Below, piece by piece: positions 34,468 to 44,597 of a DNA stretch of 64,000 nt. The stretch's first letter is position 1. Each line of letters begins with the position of its first letter. The DNA comes from Flavobacteriales bacterium (GTDB taxonomy: Bacteria > Bacteroidota > Bacteroidia > Flavobacteriales_D > Sanyastnellaceae): positions 9,668 through 73,667 of the forward strand of contig JBILTL010000001.1 of assembly GCA_044371535.1 (NCBI GenBank). The letters run 5' to 3'. The position numbers and the translations under genes are program-made. The notes beneath the pieces were generated by a model that was not told the origin of the DNA, made no database searches, and worked only from the letters and a program-made list of their open reading frames with translations.

Positions 34468-35292
34468 ATGTTCAACAAATCGAGTCTAAGTTTCGGCTTT
34501 TTGGCTTTGCTTTGTAAGGTGAACGTACGTCCGAAAAAACACCTGGGTCAGCATTTCCTTTTGGACATGTCTGTCTGCGAAAGAATTGCTGAAGCCATTA
34601 CTGGCGTTGGCGAAACAAAGAAAATTGTAGAGGTGGGTCCGGGAACGGGTGCACTCACACAATTCCTCATGAAACTTCCTTACGAGACTTCTGTGGTGGA
34701 AGTAGACGATGAGTCTGTTGCGTATTTGAACGCCTACTATCCGGCGCTCCGTGGAAGAATTTACGAGGAAGACTTTCTTCGTATGAATTTGAAAGAGCGC
34801 TTCGGCGACAATTTTTGTGTGGTTGGAAATTTTCCGTACAACATTTCTTCGCAAATTTTATTCAAGGTTCTTGACGAATGGGAATGCGTTCCCGAGTTGG
34901 TAGGAATGTTTCAAAAAGAAGTGGCAGAGCGTGTGGCTTCGGGCCCTGGCAGCAGAGACTACGGCATCTTGTCGGTATTGCTTCAGGTGCACTATGAAAT
35001 CAAATATCTTTTCACTGTTGAACCGGAAGTATTCAATCCTCCGCCCAAAGTGAAAAGCGGCGTGTTGCGCATGCAGCGCAGACCTGCGCCGTTGGTGACT
35101 TCTCAACAAAAAGAATTCAAGCAGGTGGTTAAGTTGGCGTTCAACCAACGAAGAAAAACCATTCGCAATTCAGTGAAGTCGTTGCTTCAACCGGGAATAA
35201 CTTCGGAGAACGATTTGTTCAACAAAAGACCGGAGCAATTATCGGTTGAACAATTTATTGAATTGACTCGCATTCTCTTCCCAAACAAATAA
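34468..35292 (+). CDS. rsmA: 16S rRNA (adenine1518/1519-N6)-dimethyltransferase
   Basis: RPKKHLGQHFL, EVGPGTGALT and GNFPYNISS motifs. The true start may be GTG at 34519 rather than ATG 34468. Confidence 0.9.
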   Translation: MFNKSSLSFGFLALLCKVNVRPKKHLGQHFLLDMSVCERIAEAITGVGETKKIVEVGPGTGALTQFLMKLPYETSVVEVDDESVAYLNAYYPALRGRIYEEDFLRMNLKERFGDNFCVVGNFPYNISSQILFKVLDEWECVPELVGMFQKEVAERVASGPGSRDYGILSVLLQVHYEIKYLFTVEPEVFNPPPKVKSGVLRMQRRPAPLVTSQQKEFKQVVKLAFNQRRKTIRNSVKSLLQPGITSENDLFNKRPEQLSVEQFIELTRILFPNK

Positions 35293-35315
35293 CACATTCA
35301 GCTTAAATTAGCAAC

Positions 35316-36323
35316 ATGGCAGCATTGGTAACACTTAATGAATTCGTAATGGAACGTCAGTCAGACTTTCCTTATGCATCAGGCGATTTAACGCGACTAC
35401 TTACCGACATTGGTATAGCAGGAAAGATCATTAACCACAAGGTGAATAAGGCGGGTCTTCAAGATATTTTGGGCGCAGCAGCGAACATTAATGTTCAAGG
35501 CGAAACGCAAATGAAGATGGACGTGTTCTCTGACGAAACATTGTTGAACGCGATGCGCTGGGGTGGACAAGTGGCGGGAGCAGGAAGCGAAGAGAATGAA
35601 AAGTATTTCGCGTTTGATCAAGAGCATTGCAAGAAAGCGAAGTATGTGATCTTGTTCGATCCGTTAGACGGCTCTTCGAACATTGATGTGAACGTGAGCA
35701 TTGGAACGATCTTCTCCATTTTCAGAAGGAAAAGTAGCATTGGTGATTTGGCGAATGTGAACGACTTTTTGCAAAAAGGAGATGAGCAAGTTGCCGCTGG
35801 ATATATCATTTATGGAAGTAGCACAATGCTCGTTTATACGACCGGTCATGGTGTGAATGGCTTCACCCTTCAACCGAGTATTGGCGAGTTTTTCCTTTCA
35901 CATCCGAATATGAAAATTCCGGAAGACGGCGCCATCTATAGCATGAACGAAGGAAACTTGAACTCGTGTGAAAAGGGTGTTCAAGAATACATTGCTTGGT
36001 GCAAGGAAAGCGATAAGAAGACGAATCGTCCGTATTCTGCGCGCTACATTGGATCCTTGGTAGCAGACTTCCATCGCAATTTGATTAAAGGTGGAATTTA
36101 TATTTATCCGGGAACTACGAAAAACAAGAGCGGCAAATTGCGAATGCAATATGAATGCAATCCGCTGGCATTCATCGTAGAGCAAGCGGGTGGAAAAGCA
36201 ACCGACGGCCACCGCAGAATTATGGAAATTGTTCCAACCGATTTGCACCAACGTTCTCCTCTTTTCATAGGCTCGAAGAACATGGTGGAAAAAGTAGAAG
36301 GGTTAATTAAACAACACTCGTAA
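35316..36323 (+). CDS. fbp: Fructose-1,6-bisphosphatase class 1
   Basis: [11 protein letters not shown] metal site, [21 protein letters not shown]. 335 aa. Confidence 0.95.
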   Translation: MAALVTLNEFVMERQSDFPYASGDLTRLLTDIGIAGKIINHKVNKAGLQDILGAAANINVQGETQMKMDVFSDETLLNAMRWGGQVAGAGSEENEKYFAFDQEHCKKAKYVILFDPLDGSSNIDVNVSIGTIFSIFRRKSSIGDLANVNDFLQKGDEQVAAGYIIYGSSTMLVYTTGHGVNGFTLQPSIGEFFLSHPNMKIPEDGAIYSMNEGNLNSCEKGVQEYIAWCKESDKKTNRPYSARYIGSLVADFHRNLIKGGIYIYPGTTKNKSGKLRMQYECNPLAFIVEQAGGKATDGHRRIMEIVPTDLHQRSPLFIGSKNMVEKVEGLIKQHS

Positions 36324-36324
36324 G

Positions 36325-36693
36325 ATGCGCACTGTTTTCTTGCTTTGCTTTTTGTTCTTCGGAATTTCAACATTCGGACAAGAATCTTTTGGAAGAAATT
36401 CTTCCTTGAAAGGAGCCTCGCAAGAAAAATTCAACAACAGAAAAATCGTAAAAAAGCTTCGCACGCTTGACAACCAAAGGGCTGTTGCTATTGGGTTAGA
36501 CGTGAGTTTGGGGCTGTTCGGTGTTCATCGCATGTACCTTGGAACAGACTTAAAAGTTCCTGTCATTTATACCACTACCATTGGAGGAGGTGGCGTTTTG
36601 TGGTTGGTAGATTTGGGGTTGTTAATCGCTGTGAAAGACCTCACGCCATTCAAGAATAATCCGAATGTGTTTATGTGGAACAACGCTCACTAA
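36325..36693 (+). CDS. TM2-domain membrane protein
   Basis: Signal peptide plus two TM helices with the GVHRMYLG motif characteristic of TM2 domains. Confidence 0.7.
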   Translation: MRTVFLLCFLFFGISTFGQESFGRNSSLKGASQEKFNNRKIVKKLRTLDNQRAVAIGLDVSLGLFGVHRMYLGTDLKVPVIYTTTIGGGGVLWLVDLGLLIAVKDLTPFKNNPNVFMWNNAH

Positions 36694-36696
36694 ATC

Positions 36697-37449
36697 ATGA
36701 CTGAAGGCTTATCTGTTGTGCTCATTGCCTTCAACGAAGGTCATCACATTGCAAAATGTTTGTTGGCGGCACAAGAGGTAGCCGATGAAATTATTGTGAT
36801 TGATTCAGGGTCTACTGATAACACCGTTGATGTGTGTAAGGCCTATGGAGCAAGGGTTATCACCAATCCATGGTGCGGATATTCCGAACAAAAAAACTTT
36901 GGAAACGCGCAAGCTTCATTTGATTGGATATTGAGTTTAGACGCGGATGAAGTGTTAAATGAAACACTTATTCAATCGATACTGAAGTGGAAACATACGC
37001 CGCAGCCCGCGTGCTTCAAGCGCATGACCAACTATTGCGGAACGTTCATTAAACACGGCGGATGGTATCCAGATACAAAAGTTCGTCTCTTCAATAAGCA
37101 AGAAACAAAGTGGGAAGGAACCATTCACGAAGCGCTTCGTGGATTAACGAAAGAGAATACTTTTTTGTTGGAAGGAGATTGTTTGCATTACTCCTACTAC
37201 TCTATTGAACAGCACTACGCACAAGCGGAAAAGTTCACCACCATACAAGCCGAGGATTTATTTCAACAAGGAAAAAAATCACCTTGGTACAAACGCCTTT
37301 TCAGTCCCATTTCGAAATTCGTTGTAGACTATTTCTTCCGTTTCGGATTTCTAGACGGAAAGGCTGGCTTCACCGTGGCGCGCATCTCAGCCTATGCCAC
37401 ACATTTGAAATACAAAAAAATTCATGAGCACATTCGCCTTTCCAAGTAG
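36697..37449 (+). CDS. Family 2 glycosyltransferase (LPS core-type)
   Basis: LSVVLIAFNEG...VIDSGSTDNT...LDADE DxD region. Adjacent to the GT9 gene. Confidence 0.8.
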   Translation: MTEGLSVVLIAFNEGHHIAKCLLAAQEVADEIIVIDSGSTDNTVDVCKAYGARVITNPWCGYSEQKNFGNAQASFDWILSLDADEVLNETLIQSILKWKHTPQPACFKRMTNYCGTFIKHGGWYPDTKVRLFNKQETKWEGTIHEALRGLTKENTFLLEGDCLHYSYYSIEQHYAQAEKFTTIQAEDLFQQGKKSPWYKRLFSPISKFVVDYFFRFGFLDGKAGFTVARISAYATHLKYKKIHEHIRLSK

Positions 37450-38365
37450 CATCGCTATCTCGCGCACAGACAGCATTGGCGATGTAATTGTGACATTGCC
37501 GTTGTGCGGTTTCATAAAAAAGTATTCCCCGAATACGCGCATTGTATTTATTGGAAGAAGCTATACACAGGCCATTGTAGAGGCTTGTCCGTTTGTTGAT
37601 GAATTCGTGAATTTCGATAAGCATGCAGAAACTTCTTTGAAGGTTGAAGCCTGCGTCTTCGCCTTTCCAGATGCGGAAGTCATGCAGTGGGTGAAGGCGC
37701 AAGGCGTTAAGAAACGCATTGCAACTGGAAGTAGAATAGCTTCTTGGAAATTCGCGAATGACCGTGTTTTCTTTTCAAGAAAGAATTCAGACTTGCACGA
37801 ATCGCAATTGAATTTTCATTTGCTTTATCCATTCGGTGTAAAGAACATTCCAACCCTCGAAGAAATTCGCGAATGGCATGTCTTAAAACCACAAGTGGCA
37901 AGCCCCATTCAACTCGAACCGAATAAACGTTCGGTTGTGTTCCACATGCTCAGTAAAGGCAGTGCTTTAAATTGGTCGTTGGAGCAATATCAAAAATTAG
38001 CATCACTTCTACCCGCATCAGAATTCAGCATATACATTACAGGGACCGTAGAAGAAGGCGTGCGCATTCGTCAGGGATTTCAATTCGATGAGCATATTGT
38101 AGATGTCAGTGGAAAGCTTTCCCTTCCACAATTAATAGCGTTTATCTCTTCTTGCGACATGCTAGTTGCCGCAAGCACTGGTCCGCTGCATATCGCTTCT
38201 GCTGTTGGTATTCACGCCATAGGTCTTTATCCGTCTAAACGCCCCATGCATCCAGGAAGATGGATGCCATTAGGAGGCAATGCGAGTTATTTGGAAGATG
38301 GAAATTCGGGGCAAAAAGAAAGCCTCGAGATTTCTCCCGAGGCTGTGCTGAAAAGGATCATATAG
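37424..38365 (+). CDS. Family 9 glycosyltransferase (heptosyltransferase-like)
   Basis: ISRTDSIGDVIVTLP N-terminus and STGPLHIASAVG C-terminal motif typical of GT9. 26-nt overlap with the upstream GT2 gene. Confidence 0.8.
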   Translation: MSTFAFPSSIAISRTDSIGDVIVTLPLCGFIKKYSPNTRIVFIGRSYTQAIVEACPFVDEFVNFDKHAETSLKVEACVFAFPDAEVMQWVKAQGVKKRIATGSRIASWKFANDRVFFSRKNSDLHESQLNFHLLYPFGVKNIPTLEEIREWHVLKPQVASPIQLEPNKRSVVFHMLSKGSALNWSLEQYQKLASLLPASEFSIYITGTVEEGVRIRQGFQFDEHIVDVSGKLSLPQLIAFISSCDMLVAASTGPLHIASAVGIHAIGLYPSKRPMHPGRWMPLGGNASYLEDGNSGQKESLEISPEAVLKRII

Positions 38366-38366
38366 T

Positions 38367-39251
38367 CTACCTCAACTTTAAAACAGTCCCGAGCTTCAAT
38401 TCAGCTCCGTGCTCTAGATTGTTCTTGCGTTCAATGCTACGAATACGAATGCCATATTGCTGGGAAATATCACGAATGCTTTCACCGCGTTTCACTTTGT
38501 GTTCCTTCACGCTTCCTTTGAGACGCTTGGGTTGTAGATAGACTATCTCCTTTTCTTGGAACACATGTCCTTCTTCAATATCGTTGTACTTCTTTAATAA
38601 ACCTTCAGAAATCCCTGTTCTATCTGACAGTTCTTTAAGAGACTCTTTCTTCTTCGCGGAAACATACTTGATCCGGTTATTTGAAATATTAATTGCCACC
38701 GAATGTTCATTCGGTTTTTGCTCTGTGTCGAATTGTGTTAGCTCATACTTTTCAATCAGATCTATCAAGCTTTTTGCATAGGTTGGACTTGTAGCGTAGC
38801 CGCATTTCTTCAGGCCCTGCGCCCATCCTTTATAGTCTGTGATTTCCAAGGCGAATAATTCTTGGTAGCGGGGCTTTTTAAGGAATAGACTGTGGTCTTC
38901 AAACGATTGCTCAACAGACTTGTACTTACGAAAACATTCATTCGGTGCGTCGTCATCTAAATGCACCGTAGCGCCGTTCCAAGTGTCGTGGCATTTAATT
39001 CCGAAATGATTATTGGCCTCCACAGCAAGTTTTGATTTGCCACTGCCACTTTCAAGAATTCCCTGAGCCAATGTAATACTTGCGGGGATTCCATATTTAC
39101 GCATTTGTTCCTGCGCGGCAGACGAATACTTTTGGATATAGGTGTCAGGAGATTGGGCCAGAGAGGCCGAGAAAGGGAGAAGAATCAGCAGGAGAAACAG
39201 AATGGGAATGAGAGAAGGCTTAATACTTCTTACGTTCCTTTTCAGAGCCAT
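38367..39251 (-). CDS. Peptidoglycan N-acetylglucosaminidase (GH73) with two C-terminal LysM domains
   Basis: ITLAQGILESGSGKSKLAVEANNHFGIK glucosaminidase motif and two LysM repeats near the C-terminus. Start placed at ATG 39251 (MALKRNVRSIKPSLIPILF signal peptide), not the track's 39368, which overlaps the upstream gene. Confidence 0.8.
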   Translation of the reverse strand: MALKRNVRSIKPSLIPILFLLLILLPFSASLAQSPDTYIQKYSSAAQEQMRKYGIPASITLAQGILESGSGKSKLAVEANNHFGIKCHDTWNGATVHLDDDAPNECFRKYKSVEQSFEDHSLFLKKPRYQELFALEITDYKGWAQGLKKCGYATSPTYAKSLIDLIEKYELTQFDTEQKPNEHSVAINISNNRIKYVSAKKKESLKELSDRTGISEGLLKKYNDIEEGHVFQEKEIVYLQPKRLKGSVKEHKVKRGESIRDISQQYGIRIRSIERKNNLEHGAELKLGTVLKLR

Positions 39252-39645
39252 CTTCTTTGTAGAAAATCCACTCACCCACTTCTTTTCCATTTTCATATTC
39301 TCCTTCAACATATAGTTTTCCGTTTTCATGCCATGCTTTGTATTCGCCTTGCAGCACTCCATTTTCAAACGTATTCAAACTCCATTTGTTACCATTTTCA
39401 TAAAACGTATAACATTCACCATGTCGTTTGTTGTCTTTAAATCGCATTTCAATGTAGCACTGCTGGCTGTTTGGATAGAATGCGCGTTCTCCAATTTTAT
39501 TGTTTGTACCCTCTTCGAAATATCCAACGATGCGCATTCCATTTTCAGCGACCTTAATCTCCCTGGCTTCGGCATCGTCTAACGACGGGGTACATGAAGC
39601 GAAAATGATCGTGAAAATTGATAGTATCCAAAATATTTTTTTCAT
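39220..39645 (-). CDS. MORN-repeat lipoprotein (YwqK-like)
   Basis: Lipobox IIFASC and repeated GxxxxY/W...NG motifs (HGECYTFYENGNKW, QGEYKAWHENGKLY, EGEYENGKEVGEWIFYKEDG). Confidence 0.65.
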   Translation of the reverse strand: MKKIFWILSIFTIIFASCTPSLDDAEAREIKVAENGMRIVGYFEEGTNNKIGERAFYPNSQQCYIEMRFKDNKRHGECYTFYENGNKWSLNTFENGVLQGEYKAWHENGKLYVEGEYENGKEVGEWIFYKEDGSEKERKKY

Positions 39646-39649
39646 ACAA

Positions 39650-40624
39650 TTATTTTTTTCGTTCGATGGTGTAATTCACTAACAATTTCAAGGATGCTCG
39701 AGCAGGAGTGTCTTCAAACTGATTTAAGATTTCCAATGCCTTATCGCGGAATTCAAACATCTTTTCAGTTGCATAAACAAGTCCGCCAAACTCCACCACT
39801 TGGGCCATTAGCGCTTCTACTTTCTCCTTATCTGTATTGAACTTCCGAACGGTACGAATCAATTTCTTCGCGGTATCGCGATCGACTTTTCCCAAAACAT
39901 GAATCAATGGAAGCGTTAGCTTTCTTTCCTGAATGTCAATCCCCACAGGCTTTCCAATAGCATCGGTAGTTCCGTAATCGAACAAGTCATCTTTGATCTG
40001 GAAGGCCATTCCCACGTATTCTCCAAACAACGCCAATTGCTTCACTTGCTCATCTGTAGCGGAAGTAGATGCTGCGCCGCTTTCGCAACAAGCTGAAATA
40101 AGTGAAGCTGTTTTCTGACGAATGATGTCGTAATAAACCTCTTCTGTAATATCTAACTTTCTTGATTTTTCTTGTTGAAGTAACTCTCCCTCGGCCATGT
40201 CCTTCACGGCTTTGCTCATAATTCCTAACAGACGAAACTGTTGGGTTTTCACGCTCAACGAAAGACCTCTTGACAACAAATAATCTCCAACCAATACCGC
40301 AATCTTATTTTTCCAAAGTGCGTTAATGCTGAAGAATCCGCGACGCATTTGCGCATCGTCCACCACGTCGTCGTGCACGAGTGTTGCGGTGTGCAGCAGT
40401 TCAATCATGGTTGCTGCCACGAACGTGGGCTCTTCTGGTTTTTCAAAAAGCTTCGCTGAAAGGAAAACAAAAAGCGGACGCATCTGCTTCCCTTTTCTTT
40501 TCACAATGTAATTGGTAACCTTATCTAACAAGCGATGTTCGCTTTTCATCTGTTCTTTGAAGAACGATTCAAACGCATTCATTTCGCCTTCAACGGGCGC
40601 TTGTATTTGGGATAGAGCTGACAC
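39650..40624 (-). CDS. ispB: Polyprenyl (octaprenyl/solanesyl) diphosphate synthase
   Basis: LVHDDVVDD and FQIKDDLFDY aspartate-rich motifs. 324 aa. Confidence 0.9.
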   Translation of the reverse strand: MSALSQIQAPVEGEMNAFESFFKEQMKSEHRLLDKVTNYIVKRKGKQMRPLFVFLSAKLFEKPEEPTFVAATMIELLHTATLVHDDVVDDAQMRRGFFSINALWKNKIAVLVGDYLLSRGLSLSVKTQQFRLLGIMSKAVKDMAEGELLQQEKSRKLDITEEVYYDIIRQKTASLISACCESGAASTSATDEQVKQLALFGEYVGMAFQIKDDLFDYGTTDAIGKPVGIDIQERKLTLPLIHVLGKVDRDTAKKLIRTVRKFNTDKEKVEALMAQVVEFGGLVYATEKMFEFRDKALEILNQFEDTPARASLKLLVNYTIERKK

Positions 40625-40640
40625 GGAGGCAAATGTATAA

Positions 40641-40772
40641 CAAGATTCTTACGAAAGATGTTGCACAAGATGCTGAAGCAAGATTCTTACGAAAGATGTT
40701 GCACAAGATGCTGAAGCAAGATTCTTACGAAAGATGTTGCACAAGATGCTGAAGCAAGATTCTAGAGAAAGA
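40641..40772. repeat. CAAGAT-word array: three perfect 38-bp tandem copies plus a partial fourth
   Basis: caagattcttacgaaagatgttgcacaagatgctgaag starts at 40641, 40679 and 40717, with a partial copy from 40755. Each copy is three word-plus-hairpin units (ttc-ttac-gaa, tgt-tgc-aca, tgc-tgaa-gca). Confidence 0.95.
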
Positions 40773-40850
40773 TAATTCATCAGAACCTCTCTGTTAAAAA
40801 ACAATTATACCCAAGGAAATAAGAATGAAGAAAACTTGTTGATTTGTAAA

Positions 40851-41708
40851 ATGAGACTTTCAATCTTCGCGATATTGTTTTTCGTTAGTGCTTTGTCATT
40901 CGGACAGCGCAGAACGACCTTGAAAACGCTTTTCTATGAGCGCACTTCGTATATGCCGAAAGGACTTGTGGTGTCGATCGGGCCAACCTTTGCTTATGGA
41001 AAGAGATGGAATGCAACGGACACCATTGCTTCTCCAGATTTTTCTGCGGGTACCTACAAGGCCAGACCACGCATGGGTTGGACGGCAGATATTGGTAAAT
41101 ACTGGATCACGAACAAACTCTACTTCTTCAATCGATTCGATTTGAATGCTCATTACGTTCGATTCAATGGATCAGAGAAGTTCAATGGAATCGATGAATT
41201 CGGACAATCTATTTATGAAAAGCGCATTTTCCATGAAAATAGATTTGGACTCACTTTTTCAACCAGTAATATTACTCCGTTCGGAAAAGGAAAGTGGATT
41301 CAAAATGAATTCGGAATATTCGCCGATTACGCCTACAAACGTTCTACATGCGGCGAATACTATGCACTTCCGAGAGCTTACTCTGAAAAAATTCGTTCGC
41401 AATTGTATTATGGTTTAGGTTATGGTATGCTCGTTAACGATGGACTCTATGCCACCTTCGAAGTGGAAGTACCTGTGCTTCAAATTTTCCCAAACACCCT
41501 TGGCGACATTCGCATGGACTATTTCCATTCGCACTATTGTCCCATTGTTTTCAAAGCATCTCTGCTCTTCGCCAAACATAAGCCCAATCGTTCTTGTGAA
41601 GACGTGAACAAAGGTCCGAGCGACGTTAGCACCGACAAGCCTGGCAAACATGATGGCGGTGATCTTTTTGGTCCGGATATTAAAAAGAAGAAGAAGAGGA
41701 GGAGGTAG
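40851..41708 (+). CDS. Hypothetical secreted protein, possibly an outer-membrane beta-barrel, with a polybasic tail
   Basis: Signal peptide MRLSIFAILFFVSALSFGQ (ATG 40851), alternating aromatic/hydrophilic strands, and a C-terminal KKKKKRRR encoded by an AAG/AGG triplet run abutting a repeat array. Confidence 0.5.
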   Translation: MRLSIFAILFFVSALSFGQRRTTLKTLFYERTSYMPKGLVVSIGPTFAYGKRWNATDTIASPDFSAGTYKARPRMGWTADIGKYWITNKLYFFNRFDLNAHYVRFNGSEKFNGIDEFGQSIYEKRIFHENRFGLTFSTSNITPFGKGKWIQNEFGIFADYAYKRSTCGEYYALPRAYSEKIRSQLYYGLGYGMLVNDGLYATFEVEVPVLQIFPNTLGDIRMDYFHSHYCPIVFKASLLFAKHKPNRSCEDVNKGPSDVSTDKPGKHDGGDLFGPDIKKKKKRRR

Positions 41709-41713
41709 TTCCT

Positions 41714-41934
41714 AGATGCCGGAGGCAAGATTCTGACGAAAGATGTTTCACAAGATGCCGGAGGCAAGATTCTGACGAAAGATGTTTCACAAGATGCCGG
41801 AGGCAAGATACTTCGTAAGATTCTGACGAAAGATGCTACGCAAGCAGAGCGGCCTGGCCGTAGGCTTCTTTTGCAAAATCTTGTGAAACATCTTACAAAG
41901 TATCTTGCGATAAAATCTTGCAAAATCATTTGCA
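41714..41934. repeat. CAAGAT-word mini-hairpin array, two inverted arms (39-bp period in the left arm)
   Basis: agatgccggaggcaagattctgacgaaagatgtttcaca starts at 41714 and 41753, with a third copy from 41792 that diverges after agatgccggaggcaagat. The centre is ggcc-gta-ggcttctt. The right arm uses ATCTT words (aaatcttgtgaaacatcttacaaagtatcttgcgataaaatcttgcaaaatcatttgca). Confidence 0.9.
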
Positions 41935-41976
41935 TCAAATCCCTTAAATGTGGTATTTTTGCAGCCCAAACGACTT

Positions 41977-41999
41977 CTATTTAGATTTTTTCTAAATAG
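41977..41999. promoter_or_regulatory. 9-bp inverted repeat upstream of the suf operon (candidate operator)
   Basis: ctatttaga-ttttt-tctaaatag is a perfect palindrome ending 50 nt upstream of the sufA-like ATG. Confidence 0.3.
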
Positions 42000-42049
42000 T
42001 TTTCGAAATGGGTAAACATGTTGAACGTGTTGTTGTTAAACTTTGACAA

Positions 42050-42376
42050 ATGATTAAGATAACAGAAAGTGCGAAAGCACAAGTGGCAAAGCTGATTGCA
42101 GATGAAGGACATCCTTCGGATGCCTTCGTTCGTGTAGGCGTTGATGGTGGAGGTTGCAGCGGACTTATGTACAAGCTGGAATTCGATACTGAAATGAAAG
42201 ACGGCGATCAGACCTTTGAAGACAATGGAGTAAAAGTGGTTGTAGACCGCAAGAGCTTCTTGTACTTGGTTGGAACCGAATTGGAATACACGGGAGGGTT
42301 GAACGGAAAAGGATTTGTGTTTAACAATCCGAATGCCTCTCGCACGTGTGGATGTGGTGAAAGCTTTTCAATCTAA
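42050..42376 (+). CDS. Fe-S cluster insertion/scaffold protein (HesB/IscA/SufA family)
   Basis: 108 aa with the GGGCSG and C-terminal CGCGESF cysteine motifs. First gene of the suf operon. Confidence 0.9.
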   Translation: MIKITESAKAQVAKLIADEGHPSDAFVRVGVDGGGCSGLMYKLEFDTEMKDGDQTFEDNGVKVVVDRKSFLYLVGTELEYTGGLNGKGFVFNNPNASRTCGCGESFSI

Positions 42377-42382
42377 AAACAT

Positions 42383-43831
42383 ATGGCTTACGAAGGCGAT
42401 GAGTTGTTAGAAAACGTAACCTCGAAAGAGTACGAATTCGGATTTACAACCAACATAGAATCAGACAAAGCTCCGGCTGGATTGAACGAAGACATTATTC
42501 GCTTAATCTCTTCGAAGAAAAACGAGCCGCAATGGCTACTAGACTGGCGTTTAGAGGCATTCAAGATTTTTCAGAAAATGACTGAACCCGAATGGGCGCA
42601 TGTGAAGTATGAAAAACCAAATCTTCAAGCCATCTCCTTTTACGCCGCACCTAAGCAAAAGAAGGTGTTAAACAGTTTGGACGAAATGGATCCAGAACTG
42701 CGTAAAACCATGGAAAAGCTTGGTATTTCCATTGAAGAACAAAAACGATTGAGTGGCGTTGCGGTTGATTTCGTGATGGATTCTGTATCTGTTGCTACTT
42801 CATTCAAAGAAAAATTAGGCGAACTCGGAATCATCTTTTGCAGCATCAGCGATGCCATTCAAGAGCATCCTGAACTTATCAAGCAATACCTCGGAACAGT
42901 AGTTCCGCGTACCGATAACTACTACGCAGCATTGAACTCTGCTGTATTCACCGACGGTTCATTCTGCTACATTCCGAAAGGCGTGCGTTGCCCCATGGAA
43001 TTAAGCACTTACTTCCGTATTAACGAAGCAGGCACAGGTCAATTCGAGCGCACGCTACTTATTGCAGACGAAGAAAGCTACGTAAGTTATTTGGAAGGAT
43101 GCACCGCTCCTCAGCGCGACGAGAATCAACTTCACGCAGCAGTTGTAGAATTGGTTGCTATGCGCGATGCTGAAATAAAATACAGCACCGTTCAAAATTG
43201 GTATCCAGGAGATAAAGACGGAAAAGGCGGCGTCTTCAATTTCGTTACAAAACGCGGAATGTGTGAAGGAGCGAACTCCAAAATTTCTTGGACTCAAGTC
43301 GAAACAGGCAGTGCCGTTACTTGGAAATATCCAAGTTGCGTGTTGAAAGGTGACAACAGTGTAGGCGAATTTTATTCCGTTGCTGTGACGAATCACTTCC
43401 AACAAGCAGACACTGGAACGAAGATGATTCACATTGGAAAAAACACCAAGAGCACCATCATTTCAAAAGGTATTTCTTCAGGAAGAAGTCAGAACTCGTA
43501 CAGAGGTTTGGTTCAAATTGGAAAGAACGCAACGAATGCAAGAAATTTCTCGCAATGCGATTCGCTCCTAATGACCGACACGAGCGGAGCACACACCTTC
43601 CCATACATTGAAGTAAACAACAGCACCGCGAAAGTGGAGCACGAAGCAACGACTTCAAAAATTGGTGAGGACCAAATCTTCTATTGTCTGCAACGCGGAC
43701 TTGATGAAGAGCAAGCCGTGAGCATGATTGTAAACGGATATGCAAAAGATGTATTGAATAAACTCCCAATGGAGTTTGCAGTTGAAGCACAAAAACTACT
43801 CGCCATTTCTTTGGAAGGAAGCGTAGGATAA
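42383..43831 (+). CDS. sufB: Fe-S cluster assembly protein SufB
   Basis: 482 aa, canonical SufB sequence ([26 protein letters not shown]). Confidence 0.95.
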   Translation: MAYEGDELLENVTSKEYEFGFTTNIESDKAPAGLNEDIIRLISSKKNEPQWLLDWRLEAFKIFQKMTEPEWAHVKYEKPNLQAISFYAAPKQKKVLNSLDEMDPELRKTMEKLGISIEEQKRLSGVAVDFVMDSVSVATSFKEKLGELGIIFCSISDAIQEHPELIKQYLGTVVPRTDNYYAALNSAVFTDGSFCYIPKGVRCPMELSTYFRINEAGTGQFERTLLIADEESYVSYLEGCTAPQRDENQLHAAVVELVAMRDAEIKYSTVQNWYPGDKDGKGGVFNFVTKRGMCEGANSKISWTQVETGSAVTWKYPSCVLKGDNSVGEFYSVAVTNHFQQADTGTKMIHIGKNTKSTIISKGISSGRSQNSYRGLVQIGKNATNARNFSQCDSLLMTDTSGAHTFPYIEVNNSTAKVEHEATTSKIGEDQIFYCLQRGLDEEQAVSMIVNGYAKDVLNKLPMEFAVEAQKLLAISLEGSVG

Positions 43832-43841
43832 AAAGATAACT

Positions 43842-44597
43842 ATGTTAAAGATTGAAAATTTACAAGCGCGCATTGAAGAGAAAGAAATTCTCAAAGGACT
43901 TTCGTTAACCGTTGGTGAAGGCGAAGTGCACGCGATTATGGGTCCGAACGGATCTGGAAAAAGTACTCTTGCATCTGTTCTTGCAGGAAGAGAAGACTAC
44001 GAAGTAACCGGAGGTTCAGTAACCTTCAACGACAAAGATTTGCTTGATATGCCCGCTGAAGAACGTGCAAGAGAAGGTCTGTTCTTAGCGTTTCAATACC
44101 CAGTAGAAATTCCAGGAGTAAGCAACATGAACTTCCTGAAAGCTGCAGTTGGCGAGGTTCGCAAACACAGAGGTCTAGAAGCACTCACAGCGAAAGAGTT
44201 CTTGCAACTGGTAAAAGAAAAATCAGAATTGGTTGAATTAGACGGTCAACTTGCGAACCGCGCAGTGAACGAAGGATTCAGTGGTGGAGAGAAAAAACGC
44301 AATGAAATATTTCAAATGGCGATGCTCGACCCATCGCTTTGTGTGCTGGATGAAACAGATAGCGGATTGGACATTGACGCGTTACGCATTGTGTCTGAAG
44401 GAGTGAATGCCATGCGCGACGGAAAGCGTTCGTTCGTTGTGATTACGCACTACCAAAGACTTTTGGATCATATCGTTCCAGACTTCGTACACGTCTTGTA
44501 CAAAGGAAAAATTGTGAAGAGTGGAACGAAAGAATTGGCGCTAGAGCTAGAAGAAAAAGGTTACGACTGGTTAAAAGAAACGGAAGACGCAAAATGA
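43842..44597 (+). CDS. sufC: Fe-S cluster assembly ATPase SufC
   Basis: Walker [13 protein letters not shown] signature FSGGEKKR and Walker [13 protein letters not shown]. Confidence 0.95.
   Translation: MLKIENLQARIEEKEILKGLSLTVGEGEVHAIMGPNGSGKSTLASVLAGREDYEVTGGSVTFNDKDLLDMPAEERAREGLFLAFQYPVEIPGVSNMNFLKAAVGEVRKHRGLEALTAKEFLQLVKEKSELVELDGQLANRAVNEGFSGGEKKRNEIFQMAMLDPSLCVLDETDSGLDIDALRIVSEGVNAMRDGKRSFVVITHYQRLLDHIVPDFVHVLYKGKIVKSGTKELALELEEKGYDWLKETEDAK

Noticed and set aside
41534-41938. 134-aa minus-strand ORF with repeated SFVRILPPASCET segments
   Set aside because: It is a translation of the 39-bp tandem units of the 41714-41934 array and then runs antisense into the 40851-41708 gene. It is an artefact of repeat periodicity that is divisible by three.
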